DNA from: an uncultured bacterium
GTDB taxonomy: Bacteria > Acidobacteriota > HRBIN11 > JAKEFK01
Direction: 5' to 3'
Assembly: GCA_963777505.1 (NCBI GenBank)
Contig: CAVZQN010000001.1
Coordinates: forward strand, 608,001-672,000
DNA: 64,000 bases
Shown piece after piece: positions 62,084-64,000 of this stretch. Both the position numbers and the translations under genes were made by a program. The notes beneath the pieces are model-generated. The model did no database searches. It was not told the DNA's origin and saw nothing but the letters and a program-made list of their open reading frames with translations. Numbering within the stretch: position 1 is the stretch's first letter; each line of letters begins with the position of its first letter.

Positions 62084-62973
62084 TTTATAGTTTGCCGCTT
62101 CAGTAATTCCAAAAGGCGTCGCGCTTTGTCAGAAGTGATGCTGCCTGATCGCGCAGCAAGCTCAACTGCTTCTTGACCTAAAACTCTGTAAGAATCCAAA
62201 ACCCCTGAAGGCAATTCTTCCAAAGTCTTCACATGTGTTTCAATTGTTTTTTCATCACCGCGTGAAATCGGTCCGGTTAACGCACTAGCAGTTCCAAACT
62301 CTTCAATGTTTTGCAGGGCACTTACCATCAAAGGAAGAAACGCTTGATACGAATCTTCAGGGGATTCTCCGATTTCTTCCATAATGGTGACTGCAAGATG
62401 AGCAAGAACGACCAGGTAATTTGCGGCAAAAACACTCGCAGCATGATAAAGCGGCTTACGAGCTGTTGGAATTAAAAGCAATTTGCCTTGCAGCTTGTCT
62501 ATAAGCTTGACCGCCCAACTCATCGCACGATCATTTCCTTCAATTGCATAATAAATGCCGGGCAATGTTTCGAGGGCTTTTTCCGGATTTGCGAAAACTT
62601 GAAGCGGATGAATCGATGCGATATCTGCACCTTTTTTGTGGAGAGGTTCGAGAATCGTTGATGCAATCGAACCGCTCGTATGAAAATAATAATGCCCAGC
62701 TAACGAACCTGGCACATCTGTATCGAGCGTTTGAACAACTTCTGAAAGCGCATCATCATTCGTTGTGATGAAATGGACTGTTCCCGAAGTTGCAGCTTCA
62801 ACAATGTCCGTCCCGGGCTCACCATCACCAATAAATTCTACTGCCGTTTCGGCATTCTTCAGATTCCGACACACTACCATACCAATTGGATAACCAGCGA
62901 TTCTACAGGCTTTCGCAAGCGTCCTCGCAACGCGTCCGCATCCTATCCATGAAATCTTTTCGAGCGATGTCAT
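62080..62973 (-). CDS. Rossmann-like + DUF2520 protein (PanG-like oxidoreductase)
   Basis: IGCGRVA, HTSGS, HPLQ, YHAASV, LTGPISRGD. Confidence 0.88.
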   Translation of the reverse strand: MTSLEKISWIGCGRVARTLAKACRIAGYPIGMVVCRNLKNAETAVEFIGDGEPGTDIVEAATSGTVHFITTNDDALSEVVQTLDTDVPGSLAGHYYFHTSGSIASTILEPLHKKGADIASIHPLQVFANPEKALETLPGIYYAIEGNDRAMSWAVKLIDKLQGKLLLIPTARKPLYHAASVFAANYLVVLAHLAVTIMEEIGESPEDSYQAFLPLMVSALQNIEEFGTASALTGPISRGDEKTIETHVKTLEELPSGVLDSYRVLGQEAVELAARSGSITSDKARRLLELLKRQTIN

Positions 62974-63140
62974 ACCACTATTATGCTATTAAATCTTTAG
63001 TTTGTCGTTCCTTTGCGTCTCTGCGGTTAATTTTTTACCCCCAATTGGTTCAGCATAAGGGCATAATCGAATGCATCATCCTTCAGGGAATTATGCTAAA
63101 CATCCTTCATTTTCCATGCTTATGATGATTAAATAATTCG

Positions 63141-64000
63141 ATGAATTTATCAGCGGGAACTCAAATCGGGAATTATGAAATTCTTGGTTTGCTTGGCACC
63201 GGTGGAATGGGACAAGTCTTTCGCGCGCGCGATATTCAGCTCGGACGACTGGCTGCGATCAAATTTTTAACAGATGTGGGAGTTGGAAGCGAAGGAGGTT
63301 TACGCCGGTTCATCACTGAAGCAAAAGCTGCTTCGGCCTTGAATCATCCGAATATCCTGACTGTTTATGGAATCGGTGAACATGAAGGCAATCCATTCAT
63401 TGCAATGGAATTTGTAGATGGCTCAACTCTTCGTTCCATGATTAAGGGGGCACCTCTACCGTTAAAGCGCGCGCTTGAAATCACAAGGCAAACTCTAGCC
63501 GGACTTTCCAAGGCTCATTCGATCGGAATCATTCATCGCGACTTGAAGCCTGAAAACATCATGGTAACTCATGATGGATTGGTTAAGATTCTGGATTTTG
63601 GCCTTGCGAAACTTTTGAAAAGTGATGCACCCGATCAAACTTCGGGACCGCTTGAAACGATTGGACAGTCCGATACAAAAACTGGAATGATCCTTGGTAC
63701 TGCCGCATATATGAGTCCCGAACAAGCTCGCGGTCAAAGTGCCGATCTGCGTTCCGATATTTTTTCGCTGGGAATCGTCTTGTACGAAATGATTACGGGC
63801 ATCAATCCGTTCCGCCGCGAAACTACAGTCGATACGATTAGCGCAATTTTGCGCGATGCTCCCACGCCGGTCGGTTTACCTTCAAAAACACTCCCCCCAG
63901 GATTGAATGCGATTTTGGAAAAAGCGCTTGAAAAGAAATCCGAAAATCGATTTTCCTCCACTCGTGAAATGGAAACTGCGCTTCTGCAATTGCGAACTCA
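63141..64000 (+). CDS. Ser/Thr protein kinase (runs off window end; not in ORF track)
   Basis: Manual translation MNLSAGTQIGNYEILGLLGTGGMGQVF..HRDLKPEN..DFGLAK..YMSPEQARG. Confidence 0.93.
   Translation, partial: MNLSAGTQIGNYEILGLLGTGGMGQVFRARDIQLGRLAAIKFLTDVGVGSEGGLRRFITEAKAASALNHPNILTVYGIGEHEGNPFIAMEFVDGSTLRSMIKGAPLPLKRALEITRQTLAGLSKAHSIGIIHRDLKPENIMVTHDGLVKILDFGLAKLLKSDAPDQTSGPLETIGQSDTKTGMILGTAAYMSPEQARGQSADLRSDIFSLGIVLYEMITGINPFRRETTVDTISAILRDAPTPVGLPSKTLPPGLNAILEKALEKKSENRFSSTREMETALLQLRT

Noticed and set aside
63051-63128. Palindromic operator upstream of the last kinase (GCATAAT..ATTATGC)
   Set aside because: Short AT-rich arms with irregular spacing; could arise by chance

Overview
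Bacterial chromosomal window of moderate GC content, gene-dense and mostly housekeeping: TCA cluster icd-mdh-sucC-sucD-ndk, mlaEFD, rpsU, PBP1A, ilvE, sppA, dGTPase, moaD-E and an ATP-dependent ligase. It is unusually rich in signalling genes: four Hanks-type Ser/Thr kinases, a PP2C phosphatase, an FHA protein, two two-component sets, two paralogous RGDEF-EAL proteins and a kinase-TPR-GAF-sigma54 activator fusion. Scattered single-base frameshifts, including one in sucC, suggest long-read consensus errors. The most notable element is missing from the ORF track: a four-helix-bundle (23S rRNA IVP/Avd-like) gene between sucC and sucD, bracketed by inverted heptamer-repeat arrays. These arrays can form a 31-bp stem whose G-U pairs work only in the mRNA orientation, and similar ORF-less arrays sit at other gene junctions. 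Other points of interest are a dispersed ~20-nt repeat family at gene ends, GTAG-type REP-like doublets, a TonB-dependent receptor with a CxxCH motif paired with a TPR/substrate-binding protein, sigma54 promoters, and a 52-aa membrane protein the track missed. No rRNA, tRNA, CRISPR array or intact transposase was seen.
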